Assembly (NCBI GenBank): GCA_051859825.1
Contig: JBHYFA010000001.1
Location: forward strand, 36,268 to 100,267
Source of the DNA: Schleiferiaceae bacterium
Lineage (GTDB): Bacteria > Bacteroidota > Bacteroidia > Flavobacteriales > Schleiferiaceae
DNA: 64,000 nt
Reading direction: 5' to 3'
Below the pieces are notes generated by a model. The model made no database searches and was not told the DNA's origin. It saw only the letters and a list, made by a program, of their open reading frames with translations. A program made the position numbers and the translations under genes. This document shows positions 51,149 through 61,287 of this stretch, in pieces. The stretch's first letter is position 1. Every line of letters starts with the position of its first letter.

Positions 51149-51577
51149 TCAGATTTCGGCAATACACTTTAACTCAATGGCAATTGGAGTAGGCAACCTG
51201 TTGATTTCTACTGTTGTTCTGCAAGGTTGATTGTCCTTAAAATACTCGGCGTAAATGCGATTAAATGTTTTAAAATCTCTACGCATATCTACCAAGAATA
51301 CCGTTACGTCAATAAGTTTGTCCCAAGAAGACCCACTCGCTTCCAGAATTTCTTTCACATTCTGAAAAACCGAGTGCACCTGAGCTTCAAAATCAAACTG
51401 TGCAAAGTTGCCGTTGTGATCGAGCTCTAGACCAGGAACACCACTATCGTTGCTGTCGCTACCCGCCACACGAGGACCTACGCCCGATAGGAAAAGAAGA
51501 TTTCCAACTTTTCGAGCATGAGGGTAAAGTCCTACGGGTTTGGGAGCCCTATTTGTATTGATGCGTTCGTTGCTCAT
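51149..51577 (-). CDS. ridA: RidA/YjgF-family reactive-intermediate deaminase
   Basis: 142 aa. ...FLSGVGPRVAG...VFQNVKEILEASGSSWDKLIDVTVFLVDM... matches the RidA signature. Confidence 0.8.
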   Translation of the reverse strand: MSNERINTNRAPKPVGLYPHARKVGNLLFLSGVGPRVAGSDSNDSGVPGLELDHNGNFAQFDFEAQVHSVFQNVKEILEASGSSWDKLIDVTVFLVDMRRDFKTFNRIYAEYFKDNQPCRTTVEINRLPTPIAIELKCIAEI

Positions 51578-52557
51578 GAGTTCACGTACATTACGTCTTT
51601 AACCGATTGAACGATGTTTTCCACTTTAGGCAAGAAAGCTTCTACCAAATTAGGTGCATATCCAATGGGTGTATCGGTACAAGTTACACGGCGAATTGGC
51701 GCATCGAGGTAATCAAAGGCCAAACGCTGAACAGCGAAGGCAATCTCCGTAGCAATACTACCCAAAGGCCAAGCTTCTTCAACACATACAAGTCTGTTGG
51801 TCTTCTTTACGGATTCAATTACGGTATCGTAATCAATAGGACGTACAGTGCGTAGGTCAATCACTTCGCAAGAAATTCCTTCTTCGGCTAATTTTTCAGC
51901 AGCCTCATAGACTCTCTTGATGATTTTTCCAAAAGATACGATAGTTACATCGCTACCCTCACGCTTGATGTCGGCCTTGCCAATTTCGATGAGGTATTCT
52001 TCCTCGGGAATTTCCATTTTATCACCATACATCTGCTCAGATTCCATGAAGATAACTGGGTCGTTATCACGAATTGCAGATTTCAATAGACCTTTGGCGT
52101 CGAGTGGGTTGGATGGAACAACTACTTTCAAACCGGGACAGTTGGCGTACCAGCTCTCGAATGCTTGTGAGTGCGTAGCTCCAAGCTGACCCGCAGATGC
52201 AGTTGGTCCGCGGAAAACGATGGGGATGTTGAATTGTCCGCCCGACATCTGCTTCATTTTTGCCGCGTTGTTGATGATTTGATCAATGGCGACCAATGAG
52301 AAGTTGAAAGTCATAAACTCAATAATGGGTCGCAAGCCGTTCATGGCAGAACCCACACCAATACCTGCAAATCCAAGTTCGGAAATTGGGGTGTCAATTA
52401 CGCGCTTGGCACCAAACTCATCCAACATTCCTTTGGAAGCTTTGTAGGCACCATTGTATTCAGCCACTTCTTCTCCCATCAAATAAATGCTATCGTCGCG
52501 ACGCATTTCTTCACTCATCGCCTCTGCTATGGCTTCTCTAAAGGTTACTTCTTTCAT
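51574..52557 (-). CDS. Pyruvate/2-oxoacid dehydrogenase E1 component beta subunit (transketolase-like)
   Basis: 327 aa. EEVAEYNGAYKASKGMLDEFGAKRVIDTPISELGFAGIGVGSAMNGLRPIIEFMTFNF matches the E1-beta pyrimidine-binding domain. C-terminal transketolase domain. Confidence 0.85.
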   Translation of the reverse strand: MKEVTFREAIAEAMSEEMRRDDSIYLMGEEVAEYNGAYKASKGMLDEFGAKRVIDTPISELGFAGIGVGSAMNGLRPIIEFMTFNFSLVAIDQIINNAAKMKQMSGGQFNIPIVFRGPTASAGQLGATHSQAFESWYANCPGLKVVVPSNPLDAKGLLKSAIRDNDPVIFMESEQMYGDKMEIPEEEYLIEIGKADIKREGSDVTIVSFGKIIKRVYEAAEKLAEEGISCEVIDLRTVRPIDYDTVIESVKKTNRLVCVEEAWPLGSIATEIAFAVQRLAFDYLDAPIRRVTCTDTPIGYAPNLVEAFLPKVENIVQSVKDVMYVNS

Positions 52558-52765
52558 ATGTAAATGATTTGTTTTTTAGTTGTCATATAGAATGTCCTAG
52601 TCAATTTTCATTGGAGTTTGTGAAGGCTACTACATGGACATTTCATATTTTAACGGATTATCGCTCTCTAAACAAGTATTCAGATTGCGGGTATACATTG
52701 GCCTTTAATTCGGACTTGGCTTTTTGGGTTTGCAAAAATACGTGTCAAATACCAGCTAAAGGGAA

Positions 52766-53752
52766 TTAACTTAAACGAGTTAATTCGGCTAGAGCAAGTT
52801 TTCTTTCCTCAAGTTCGGCAGGGTTTACTTCCAATAATTTTTCAATACCAAACTTCTCTACACAGAATGAAGCCATGGCAGTTGCGTGGGCAACGGCGCG
52901 CTTCATAGATTCCCAAGAAATTTCACCGTGATGGGCTAAGTAACTCACAAATCCTCCTGCAAAGGTATCTCCCGCTCCCGTAGGATCAAGCACATCGGCT
53001 AATGGGAAAGCCGGAGCAAAGAATATATGGTCGTTATCAAACAACATAGCGCCGTGTTCTCCTTTTTTAATAATGAGGTACTTGGGACCCATTTTCATAA
53101 TACGTTGAGCGGCTTTCACCAAAGAGTATTCGCCAGATAGTTGACGTGCTTCTTCATCGTTGATAGTTAAAACATCGACTCCTTTAAGTGCTTCTGCCAA
53201 ATCACCCATAAAATGATCCATCCAGAAATTCATGGTGTCGAGGACAACCAGCTTGGGGCGTTTATTCATCTGGTCTAGGACTTTTTGCTGCACAGATGGC
53301 ATAAGATTTCCCAGCATCAGAAATTCGGCGTCACGAAAGTTCTCGGGAACAAAGGGATCGAAGGTTTCCAAAACATTCAACTGGGTATCCATGGTGTCAC
53401 GTGTATTCATATCGCGATGGTACTTTCCCGACCAGAAAAAGGTTTTTTCACCTTTCTTGATTTGCAATCCTTCGGTATCCATTCCTTTAGATTGCATCAA
53501 TTTTATGGTCTCCTCAGGGAAGTCTTCCCCTACTACGCTTACCAACATAGATTTATCCAAAAGCGCTGAGGCTGAAAGACCTATATACGTAGCAGCACCA
53601 CCAATAATCTTATCTGTTTTCCCGTAGGGAGTCTCAATAGCGTCGAAGGCAACTGTGCCCACAATAAGTAAACTCATGTAAAAAAATTTGTCGGCAAATA
53701 TATTGTTCAGCAAGCATCTAAGCCTCTCATTTTTCCCGTAAAACATTTGCAA
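52766..53752 (-). CDS. PfkB-family carbohydrate kinase (ribokinase-like)
   Basis: GGAATYIGL N-terminal motif. C-terminal DPTGAGDTFAGGF ATP-binding signature. 328 aa. Confidence 0.75.
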   Translation of the reverse strand: MQMFYGKNERLRCLLNNIFADKFFYMSLLIVGTVAFDAIETPYGKTDKIIGGAATYIGLSASALLDKSMLVSVVGEDFPEETIKLMQSKGMDTEGLQIKKGEKTFFWSGKYHRDMNTRDTMDTQLNVLETFDPFVPENFRDAEFLMLGNLMPSVQQKVLDQMNKRPKLVVLDTMNFWMDHFMGDLAEALKGVDVLTINDEEARQLSGEYSLVKAAQRIMKMGPKYLIIKKGEHGAMLFDNDHIFFAPAFPLADVLDPTGAGDTFAGGFVSYLAHHGEISWESMKRAVAHATAMASFCVEKFGIEKLLEVNPAELEERKLALAELTRLS

Positions 53753-53795
53753 AATAATATTCGGTAGAGGTCAACCTCAAAGGCCTCTTTGTTGT

Positions 53796-53803
53796 TATTT
53801 TTG
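53796..53803 (+). promoter_or_regulatory. Candidate -7 promoter element TATTTTTG upstream of lepA
   Basis: Matches TAnnTTTG. About 70 nt upstream of the lepA start. Confidence 0.3.
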
Positions 53804-53875
53804 CAACTTGCTTTCCTAGGTAGTTTTAGGACGCAAGATTTTCTTAACTACTTAAAAATAGGGAGTTTGTTAGAT

Positions 53876-55678
53876 ATGAAAATGAAGAACATTCGTAACT
53901 TTTGCATCATTGCTCACATTGATCACGGAAAAAGCACACTGGCTGATCGTTTATTAGACGAAACGCAGAGTGTTAGCGTAAGGGAAAAGAAAGACCAATT
54001 GCTCGACAATATGGACTTAGAGCGCGAGCGTGGTATCACTATTAAAAGTCACGCCATTCAGATGAATTACGAATTGAATGGTGAAAAATATACCCTAAAC
54101 TTGATCGACACTCCCGGGCACGTTGATTTTTCTTACGAGGTGAGTCGCTCTATCGCCGCATGTGAAGGAGCTTTACTCATTGTTGATGCCGCTCAGGGTA
54201 TTCAGGCGCAAACCATTTCCAATCTTTACTTAGCATTGGAGCACGATTTGGAAATCATTCCCATTCTCAACAAGATTGATCTCCCCGGCGCGAGTCCGGA
54301 AGAAGTTACAGATCAGATCGTTGACTTACTAGGCTGTAGTCCTGACGAAGTGATTCCTGCAAGTGGAAAAACAGGAATCGGCGTACCCGCCATTCTTGAG
54401 GCTATTGTTGATCGGATTCCCGCGCCCGAAGGAGACCCAGACGCTCCATTGCAGGCGCTCATTTTTGATAGTGTCTTTAATCCATTCCGCGGAATTGAAG
54501 CCTACTTCAAGGTAGTTAATGGAACCATCCGTAAGGGTCAGAAAGTGAAATTTATGGCGACGGGCAGGCAATATGACGCCGACGAAATTGGGGTTTTGAA
54601 ATTGAAGCAGGAGCCACGTAGTGAAATTTCTGCAGGAGATGTTGGCTATATTATCTCTGGAATTAAGGAGGCACGTGAGGTAAAAGTGGGTGATACCATT
54701 ACTGCGGTGGAGAAGCCTGCTGATAAAGCCATTGCGGGTTTTGAAGATGTAAAGCCAATGGTTTTTGCGGGGATTTACCCTGTGGATACCGAGGAGTTTG
54801 AAGAATTGCGCGCCTCTTTAGAGAAATTACAACTGAACGACGCCTCGCTCATTTACGAGCCGGAATCATCTGCGGCTTTGGGCTTTGGTTTTCGCTGTGG
54901 CTTTTTAGGGATGCTCCACATGGAAATCATTCAGGAGCGCTTGGAGCGGGAATTTAATATGACGGTCATTACCACCGTTCCCAACGTATCCTATCGGGCT
55001 TTCCTTAAAAAAGACCCAACGAAGATGGTACCGGTAAACAACCCTACCGACTTCCCTGATCCCTCCGTTTTGGATAGAATTCAAGAGCCATATATCCGTG
55101 CACAAATTATCACAAAGGCTGATTTTGTTGGGGCTGTTATGACTTTGTCTATTGAGAAACGGGGAATTTTAAAGAACCAGGTTTATCTCACATCAGATCG
55201 GGTAGAGTTGACTTTCGACATGCCCTTAGCGGAAATTGTTTTTGACTTTTACGATCGCTTAAAAACTATTTCCCGCGGTTATGCCTCATTTGACTACCAG
55301 CCTATCGATTATCAAGATTCAGAGTTGGTAAAAGTTGACGTGCTAATCAATGGTGATCCCGTTGATGCTCTATCGGCCCTTATTCATCGCACTAATGCGT
55401 ACGATATTGGAAAAAAGATGTGTTTGAAGCTAAAAGAATTGATTCCTCGTCAGCAGTTTGTCATTGCTATTCAGGCAGCCATTGGTGCAAAAATTATCGC
55501 CCGTGAAACGGTGAGTGCTTTGCGAAAAGATGTTACTGCGAAGTGTTACGGTGGTGATATCAGTCGTAAGCGCAAACTATTAGAAAAGCAAAAGGCCGGT
55601 AAGAAGCGTATGCGTCAGGTAGGAAATGTGGAGATTCCGCAGCAGGCTTTTATGGCGGTGCTTAAATTGAACGATTGA
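53876..55678 (+). CDS. lepA: Translation elongation factor 4 (LepA)
   Basis: Start trimmed to [27 protein letters not shown] (G1 motif). DTPGHVDF and NKID GTPase motifs. LepA-specific C-terminal domain. 600 aa. Confidence 0.9.
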   Translation: MKMKNIRNFCIIAHIDHGKSTLADRLLDETQSVSVREKKDQLLDNMDLERERGITIKSHAIQMNYELNGEKYTLNLIDTPGHVDFSYEVSRSIAACEGALLIVDAAQGIQAQTISNLYLALEHDLEIIPILNKIDLPGASPEEVTDQIVDLLGCSPDEVIPASGKTGIGVPAILEAIVDRIPAPEGDPDAPLQALIFDSVFNPFRGIEAYFKVVNGTIRKGQKVKFMATGRQYDADEIGVLKLKQEPRSEISAGDVGYIISGIKEAREVKVGDTITAVEKPADKAIAGFEDVKPMVFAGIYPVDTEEFEELRASLEKLQLNDASLIYEPESSAALGFGFRCGFLGMLHMEIIQERLEREFNMTVITTVPNVSYRAFLKKDPTKMVPVNNPTDFPDPSVLDRIQEPYIRAQIITKADFVGAVMTLSIEKRGILKNQVYLTSDRVELTFDMPLAEIVFDFYDRLKTISRGYASFDYQPIDYQDSELVKVDVLINGDPVDALSALIHRTNAYDIGKKMCLKLKELIPRQQFVIAIQAAIGAKIIARETVSALRKDVTAKCYGGDISRKRKLLEKQKAGKKRMRQVGNVEIPQQAFMAVLKLND

Positions 55679-55705
55679 TATAGTCTGTCGAGAAAGCTCT
55701 AAGAG
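55679..55705. repeat. Degenerate REP/MITE-like repeat remnant (TATAGTCTGTCGAGAAAGCTCTAAGAG)
   Basis: Weak match to TAGTGGCTGTCTAGAAAGTCCGAGAG. Immediately after the lepA stop. Confidence 0.3.
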
Positions 55706-55825
55706 TAAATTTGTGAGGTGGGTTGAAATACCGGGAATGCCTCGTGACCTGACATACGTTTTTATAAAGTAGAGACGTACAGCAAGCCGTGCGTCTTATT
55801 CATCAATCATCCCGTCTCAAAGCAC

Positions 55826-55860
55826 TAAAAAAGCCCGTTGGATTTCAACGGGCTTTTTTA
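55826..55860. terminator. Bidirectional rho-independent terminator (AAAAAAGCCCGTTGgatttCAACGGGCTTTTTT)
   Basis: 9-bp GC-rich stem with an A-run before and a T-run after. Sits between lepA (+) and the convergent T9SS type-B gene (-). Confidence 0.65.
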
Positions 55861-55882
55861 CAGTTATAAATTGAGAGGAAGA

Positions 55883-58234
55883 TTATCTGCTTCCGCTAAA
55901 AATTTGGATTGCACCAGTTTCTTCAACATCTGGAAGACCTAGAACGCTTCCGCGTAGGCGGATGATATAGAAATAGGTCCCGTCAGATACCATTTGGCCG
56001 GTACGCATATCTCTTCCGTCCCATTCGTTATCACGGTGGAAACGATCATTTTGATATACTACATTACCCCAACGATTGGTAAATACAACTTCTGCAGAGC
56101 GGAAGCCTTCAATACCTTTAATTGTAAAGATGTCGTTTTTACCATCACCGTTTGGTGTAAATACATTCGGAATATTCAAATCCTCAACAGGCCAAGCATC
56201 TGGTGGTGGTGGTGGTGGTGGTACATTTGGAACAGTTAGATAGATGTAATTTGAGCTCGCTGTGTAGTCAATACCCGAGAAGTTAGGGTCTTTTGCATCA
56301 ATTCGCAAAGCAAAATTATCTCCTTGTCTATCGGCAACGGTCAAATAATCAAACTGCATGGTGTTCGCTTGTGTAGGATTACCCGGCTGTGCAACTGGAT
56401 CCCAAGTTCCTGTTGAATCAATATCCCACATCATGAGTGTATATTCGGGGTCTGCCCATCCATCATACTCATTCCACTCGATATTCCAGCTTGTTCCTGT
56501 TCCGTAGCCTGGACCTTTTTCGAGGAAGATTGAGGTAATATCACGGGTAAAGTGGAAGAATGTACCACTGATTTCCATTTGAATTTGGTAGCGGTGGTTT
56601 CTACTGTTTACATCATCATTATCAACGCTAAAGTCGATCCAGTCATCCTGGAAACCAGCGGTTGGTCCACGACGGTCGCCCACTCTATTAAAGGTATTAC
56701 CGTTATCATCTGAACGGAAGAAATACCATCCGCTTACTGCGAAACGTGGGAAAGTGGTTGTATCAGGTTCCCAGAAGATTTGGATGTGGTCGTTGTTAAC
56801 CACGCTCACGTTGGTGATGTCATACTCGGGGTCTGGACAGTTGTTAACTCGAATTACGAGCAAGAAGAATTCCTCCATTTCAAAATCACAAGCATTAAGT
56901 AAGGTATTACCATCGTCACCTTCTTTAATGTACATATAATAATCACCTTCTACAGCCATTGGGGTTAGTAAGTGGAGGTCAACCTGCCTGGTTTCCAAAG
57001 CGGCGTTACAGTTTTTAGTTACTCGATTAATAGGGACTAAATTAGAGTCAGGGCCTGTAAGGCGGAACTCCGATCCATTAGGTGTAATAGAAGGGCACTG
57101 TACAAAAGTTGCGAAATGTAATGTAATTACAGAATCGAAACAAGGATAATTGATAATTGGTAGTTCCATAGAATACCCTGTGGATGAATTGGGATCGGGA
57201 ACGGAGTCTTTATTTGGGTGCGGATAATTATTTCCAACAACTCCTAAAGCAGATGTACTAATTAAGCCCATAGTAGTAGATGAGTGAGCCAAATCAAAAG
57301 TCGGCCCATTTTGCACACCCGGCAAACAGTTATCTACAAGGTTTACGAGCATTTCCCGCATTACAGATCCTACTTCATAATAGAAACCTCCTGTTGGATG
57401 CAGGCGCAATTCTTTAACTATTACAACAATAATATAGTTTCCAGGAATCGTTCCTGTTGTAAATTCTATGATACCATTAGTTCTTACTACCATTGAAGTT
57501 CCAGGAGCCATATTCAAAGGTTCTAAACGAGAGTAAGGTGCCGCAAAAATCATATTTTGACCAGGAGCACAAGGCCCCGTAGCATTCATTGCAGTACCAA
57601 GATCATATTGAATAGAATCATTATCTGGCTCAGCAGCACCTTGACTCCAATTAAAGAAATTGTTTAAGCAGAAAGATTTAGCTGGGGGTGCTAAAAAGGA
57701 AGCTGAAGTGTTGTGACCTTGAGTATTGTTCAATTTCGCTTCAATGTAGTTTCTTGAACCACCAGTTCCATTTCCACTATAGTTGGTAATGTTATTAACT
57801 CCAATTCTACAGCAAACAAACACATAACCAAATGTATAATCTGCACACAAACCAGGTAAGTCTACAGTACCCTCAAGAAAATGCTCAATTACAGGAGTAA
57901 AGTTTGGGTTATTACTTTGTACACACTCAGCCTGATTGGGAACTGGCTGACCTTGAGCTGGTGTTCCAGGTTTTACAGCAAGAGGCACATTTTGATTGGG
58001 AAAACATGAAGACCTAACACAAAGCGCTCCTCCCATTACACCATCAAAAGTGGTCCAGCGCGTAGTTCTGTGCAATACTACCGTTACTCGATAGCGATGA
58101 GGGTTCGCGGCATTACCAATGTATTCGTAGGTAATTTCCCCACCAATAAGGTGAGCGGCTTGTGTTTCACTTGGCCATAACCCTATCAATGAGAAGGCTG
58201 CGCCTAAAAGTAAAAAGTGAAAAAATCTTTTCAT
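55883..58234 (-). CDS. Large secreted adhesin-like protein with a T9SS type-B (gliding-motility-associated) C-terminal domain
   Basis: Signal peptide. 783 aa. Poly-proline linker PPPPPPPD. C-terminus NIPNVFTPNGDGKNDIFTIKG...YFYIIRL matches the type-B CTD. Confidence 0.7.
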   Translation of the reverse strand: MKRFFHFLLLGAAFSLIGLWPSETQAAHLIGGEITYEYIGNAANPHRYRVTVVLHRTTRWTTFDGVMGGALCVRSSCFPNQNVPLAVKPGTPAQGQPVPNQAECVQSNNPNFTPVIEHFLEGTVDLPGLCADYTFGYVFVCCRIGVNNITNYSGNGTGGSRNYIEAKLNNTQGHNTSASFLAPPAKSFCLNNFFNWSQGAAEPDNDSIQYDLGTAMNATGPCAPGQNMIFAAPYSRLEPLNMAPGTSMVVRTNGIIEFTTGTIPGNYIIVVIVKELRLHPTGGFYYEVGSVMREMLVNLVDNCLPGVQNGPTFDLAHSSTTMGLISTSALGVVGNNYPHPNKDSVPDPNSSTGYSMELPIINYPCFDSVITLHFATFVQCPSITPNGSEFRLTGPDSNLVPINRVTKNCNAALETRQVDLHLLTPMAVEGDYYMYIKEGDDGNTLLNACDFEMEEFFLLVIRVNNCPDPEYDITNVSVVNNDHIQIFWEPDTTTFPRFAVSGWYFFRSDDNGNTFNRVGDRRGPTAGFQDDWIDFSVDNDDVNSRNHRYQIQMEISGTFFHFTRDITSIFLEKGPGYGTGTSWNIEWNEYDGWADPEYTLMMWDIDSTGTWDPVAQPGNPTQANTMQFDYLTVADRQGDNFALRIDAKDPNFSGIDYTASSNYIYLTVPNVPPPPPPPDAWPVEDLNIPNVFTPNGDGKNDIFTIKGIEGFRSAEVVFTNRWGNVVYQNDRFHRDNEWDGRDMRTGQMVSDGTYFYIIRLRGSVLGLPDVEETGAIQIFSGSR

Positions 58235-58521
58235 AATATCTGCTTTTCAAATTAAAAAGGAAACCCTTATTTTGAATAGCCAAAATTATAACATTTTTTG
58301 TTAATAAATTAGATTTTTTGATTTAACGAGCGAAAAAAATTATTTTAAGGCCATAACATACGATTTAGCGAAATCAGGTTTGATTTAACGAAAATGTTGT
58401 GAGGAAACGTTTTGATCATTGAATAGAGCTTAATAATTAAGGAGAATTAAAACTAAGATTGCTCACTACATTCAATCTAGATTCCGCTCTGATTTATAAA
58501 CTTCACATGCCCTTTGAGGTT

Positions 58522-58529
58522 TACTTTTG
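58522..58529 (+). promoter_or_regulatory. Candidate -7 promoter element TACTTTTG upstream of the acyl-CoA dehydrogenase gene
   Basis: Matches TAnnTTTG. 16 nt upstream of the MAKDDL start. Confidence 0.35.
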
Positions 58530-58544
58530 CAAAAAATTTATTTT

Positions 58545-59726
58545 ATGGCTAAAGACGATCTTTTTCAAGCTCCTGATTACTACCTACTCGACGAACTTCT
58601 CTCTGATGAACACAAAATGGTGCGCGATGCTACGCGTTCTTTCGTGAAAAAAGAGGTGAGTCCTATTATTGAAGACTATGCTCAAAAGGCTGAGTTTCCA
58701 CGTGAACTATTACCTAAACTTGCTGAAATTGGCGCTTTTGGTCCTTACATACCACAAGAATATGGTGGGGCAGGACTCGATCAGATTTCCTATGGTTTGA
58801 TGATGCAGGAAATCGAGCGCGGTGATAGTGGTATTCGTTCAACCTGTTCCGTACAGTCGTCTTTGGTGATGTTCCCCATTCACGCATACGGTTCAGAAGA
58901 GCAGAAGCAAAAGTTTTTACCTAAACTCGCCTCGGGAGAGATGCTCGGTGCATTCGGACTTACCGAACCAGATTTTGGTAGTAATCCCGGAGGCATGGTT
59001 ACCAATTACGTGGACAAAGGTGATCACGTTGTTCTTAATGGTGCAAAAATGTGGATCTCCAACGCGCCATTCTGTGATGTTGCCGTAGTATGGGCAAAAA
59101 ATGAAGAAGGACGCATCCACGGGGTTATTGTGGAAAGAGGAATGGAAGGCTTTACCACCCCGGAAACACATAATAAATGGAGTTTACGCGCCTCCGCTAC
59201 CGGTGAGCTCGTTTTTGATAATGTAAAAGTTCCTAAGGAAAATATCCTCCCTGGACGAAGCGGTTTAGGCGCTCCTTTATCTTGCTTAGATTCTGCTCGT
59301 TACGGAATTGCTTGGGGTGTAATTGGCGTGGCAATGGACTGCTACGATACGGCACTTCGTTACTCAAAAGAGCGCATTCAATTTGGAAAACCCATTGGCG
59401 GCTTCCAGCTTCAACAGAAGAAATTGGCCGAAATGATTACCGAGATTACCAAAGCTCAGATGCTTACTTGGCGCTTGGGTGTTCTAAAAAATGAAGGCAG
59501 AGCCACCTCAGCGCAAATTTCAATGGCCAAGAGAAACAACGTTGACATGGCCTTGACCATTGCACGTGAAGCTCGTCAAATGCTTGGAGGCATGGGTATT
59601 ACCGGCGAGTATCCGATTATGCGCCACATGATGAACTTAGAATCAGTAGTAACCTACGAGGGTACGCACGATATTCATTTGTTGATTACCGGTCTGGACG
59701 TAACGGGCTTGAATGCCTTCGTATAA
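58545..59726 (+). CDS. Acyl-CoA dehydrogenase family protein (glutaryl-CoA dehydrogenase-like)
   Basis: Start trimmed to MAKDDLF. ...EYGGAGLDQISYGLMMQEIERGDSGIRS..., ...ITEPDFGSNPGGMVT...GAKMWISNAPFCDVAVVWAK. C-terminal ...YEGTHDIH. Confidence 0.8.
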   Translation: MAKDDLFQAPDYYLLDELLSDEHKMVRDATRSFVKKEVSPIIEDYAQKAEFPRELLPKLAEIGAFGPYIPQEYGGAGLDQISYGLMMQEIERGDSGIRSTCSVQSSLVMFPIHAYGSEEQKQKFLPKLASGEMLGAFGLTEPDFGSNPGGMVTNYVDKGDHVVLNGAKMWISNAPFCDVAVVWAKNEEGRIHGVIVERGMEGFTTPETHNKWSLRASATGELVFDNVKVPKENILPGRSGLGAPLSCLDSARYGIAWGVIGVAMDCYDTALRYSKERIQFGKPIGGFQLQQKKLAEMITEITKAQMLTWRLGVLKNEGRATSAQISMAKRNNVDMALTIAREARQMLGGMGITGEYPIMRHMMNLESVVTYEGTHDIHLLITGLDVTGLNAFV

Positions 59727-59758
59727 CAAGACGTCAAAGACGTATAAATTAGCTTGTT

Positions 59759-59766
59759 TACTTTTG
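59759..59766 (+). promoter_or_regulatory. Candidate -7 promoter element TACTTTTG immediately upstream of dusB
   Basis: Identical octamer to the one at 58522. 4 nt before the ATG, which implies a very short leader. Confidence 0.3.
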
Positions 59767-59770
59767 CAAA

Positions 59771-60769
59771 ATGAAAGACGTTAAAATTGCGGATATTTCT
59801 TTGGGGGAATTTCCCCTTTTGCTTGCTCCTATGGAGGACGTGAGCGATCCGCCTTTTCGTGCCCTTTGCAAAAGTGAAGGTGCCGACCTAATGTACACGG
59901 AGTTTATTTCTTCCGAAGGTCTGATTCGTGATGCCGCCAAAAGTGTTCAAAAGCTCGATATTTTTGAGTACGAGCGCCCCATCGGTATTCAGATTTTTGG
60001 AAGTGAAATTGAATCCATGCGGCAGGCAGCGCAAATTACCGAAGAAGCCAATCCCGATATCATTGACATCAATTATGGTTGTCCGGTAAAAAACGTTGCC
60101 TGTAAAGGTGCCGGCGCGGGTATTCTGCAAGATGTGCCAAAGATGGTACGCATGACGGCAGAGATTGTTAAGAGCACCTCGAAACCGGTAACCGTAAAAA
60201 CCCGTCTTGGCTGGGACGAGGACACCAAGTACATCGTGGAAGTAGCGGAGCGTTTACAAGATGTGGGTATTAAAGCCATTAGCATTCACGGACGCACGCG
60301 CAAACAGATGTATAAGGGTGAGGCCGACTGGTCTTTGATTGCCGAAGTGAAAAACAATCCACGTATGCACATACCCGTATTTGGTAATGGCGACGTGGAT
60401 TCTCCACAGAAAGCCTTAGAAATGAAATTGAAGTACGGTGTAGATGGCGTAATGATTGGTAGGGCATCTATCGGATATCCGTGGATTTTTCGAGAGATCA
60501 AGCACTTTTTAAAAACCGGAGAATTATTAGCTCCTCCTACGCTTGAAGAAAGACTTTCGGCAGCATCGCGACATATCACTATGGCGGTAGATTGGAAGGG
60601 AGAAAAAACCGGAATCTTTGAAACGCGTCGGCACTACACTAACTATTTCAAAGGCTTAGATCATTTCAAGCCTTTTCGTACCCGTTTGGTAACCGCAGAA
60701 AGTTTGGAAGAAATTACCGGAATCTTTGAGGAAATCCAAGCATATTACACCGAAGAAGTTTTAGGGTAA
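59771..60769 (+). CDS. dusB: tRNA-dihydrouridine synthase (DusB-like)
   Basis: LLLAPMEDVSDPPFRALCKSEGADLMYTEFISSEG FMN-binding N-terminus. Catalytic GCPVKNV. 332 aa. Confidence 0.85.
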   Translation: MKDVKIADISLGEFPLLLAPMEDVSDPPFRALCKSEGADLMYTEFISSEGLIRDAAKSVQKLDIFEYERPIGIQIFGSEIESMRQAAQITEEANPDIIDINYGCPVKNVACKGAGAGILQDVPKMVRMTAEIVKSTSKPVTVKTRLGWDEDTKYIVEVAERLQDVGIKAISIHGRTRKQMYKGEADWSLIAEVKNNPRMHIPVFGNGDVDSPQKALEMKLKYGVDGVMIGRASIGYPWIFREIKHFLKTGELLAPPTLEERLSAASRHITMAVDWKGEKTGIFETRRHYTNYFKGLDHFKPFRTRLVTAESLEEITGIFEEIQAYYTEEVLG

Positions 60770-60804
60770 AAAAAATGGTCACCAGTTGGTGACCATTTTT
60801 TTTA
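60768..60804. terminator. Bidirectional rho-independent terminator (AAAAAAAATGGTCACCagttGGTGACCATTTTTTTT)
   Basis: Perfect 10-bp stem with an A8 run before and a T8 run after. Sits between dusB (+) and the convergent small acidic lipoprotein gene (-). Confidence 0.65.
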
Positions 60805-60820
60805 ATTTGCAAGAGCTAAC

Positions 60821-61072
60821 TTAGATAGCTTCTTCACGAATTTCTTCTGAAACTTCTTCAGCGGCCTCATCAGCAGCTTCAGCAGCTTCGTCAGCTTCTT
60901 CCATGATTTCTTCAGCTACTTCTTCAGCCTCTTCGATAAGTTCTTCAGTAGCGTCAACTACTTCTTCAACAGTTTCTTCAACATCGTTAGAAACTTCTTC
61001 GGTGCTAGCGCTGCTGCAAGCAGTAAATGCTACAAGAGCAAAAGCAGCCATGAAAAGATTTACTTTTTTCAT
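60821..61072 (-). CDS. Small highly acidic E/A-rich lipoprotein
   Basis: 83 aa. Lipobox AFTAC. The remaining about 60 aa are roughly 45% Glu in EE(V/A) repeats. Confidence 0.5.
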   Translation of the reverse strand: MKKVNLFMAAFALVAFTACSSASTEEVSNDVEETVEEVVDATEELIEEAEEVAEEIMEEADEAAEAADEAAEEVSEEIREEAI

Positions 61073-61287
61073 CTGTACAGTGATTTATTGGTTGTTCATT
61101 AATGAGCGGCCAAAGATAGTCAAATATTTGTTAATACAAAAAATAATTTCTGTAATACGCTTGATATCATCAAAAAAGTTGATGGGGAGCTGCGGTGGTG
61201 CGTTATGGGTCATGAGTTTTGAGTTATGAGTTATGACACCTCCTCATGATATAAGGTTGCCTTCGGTTAGTCAACTTCAGCTAACTT

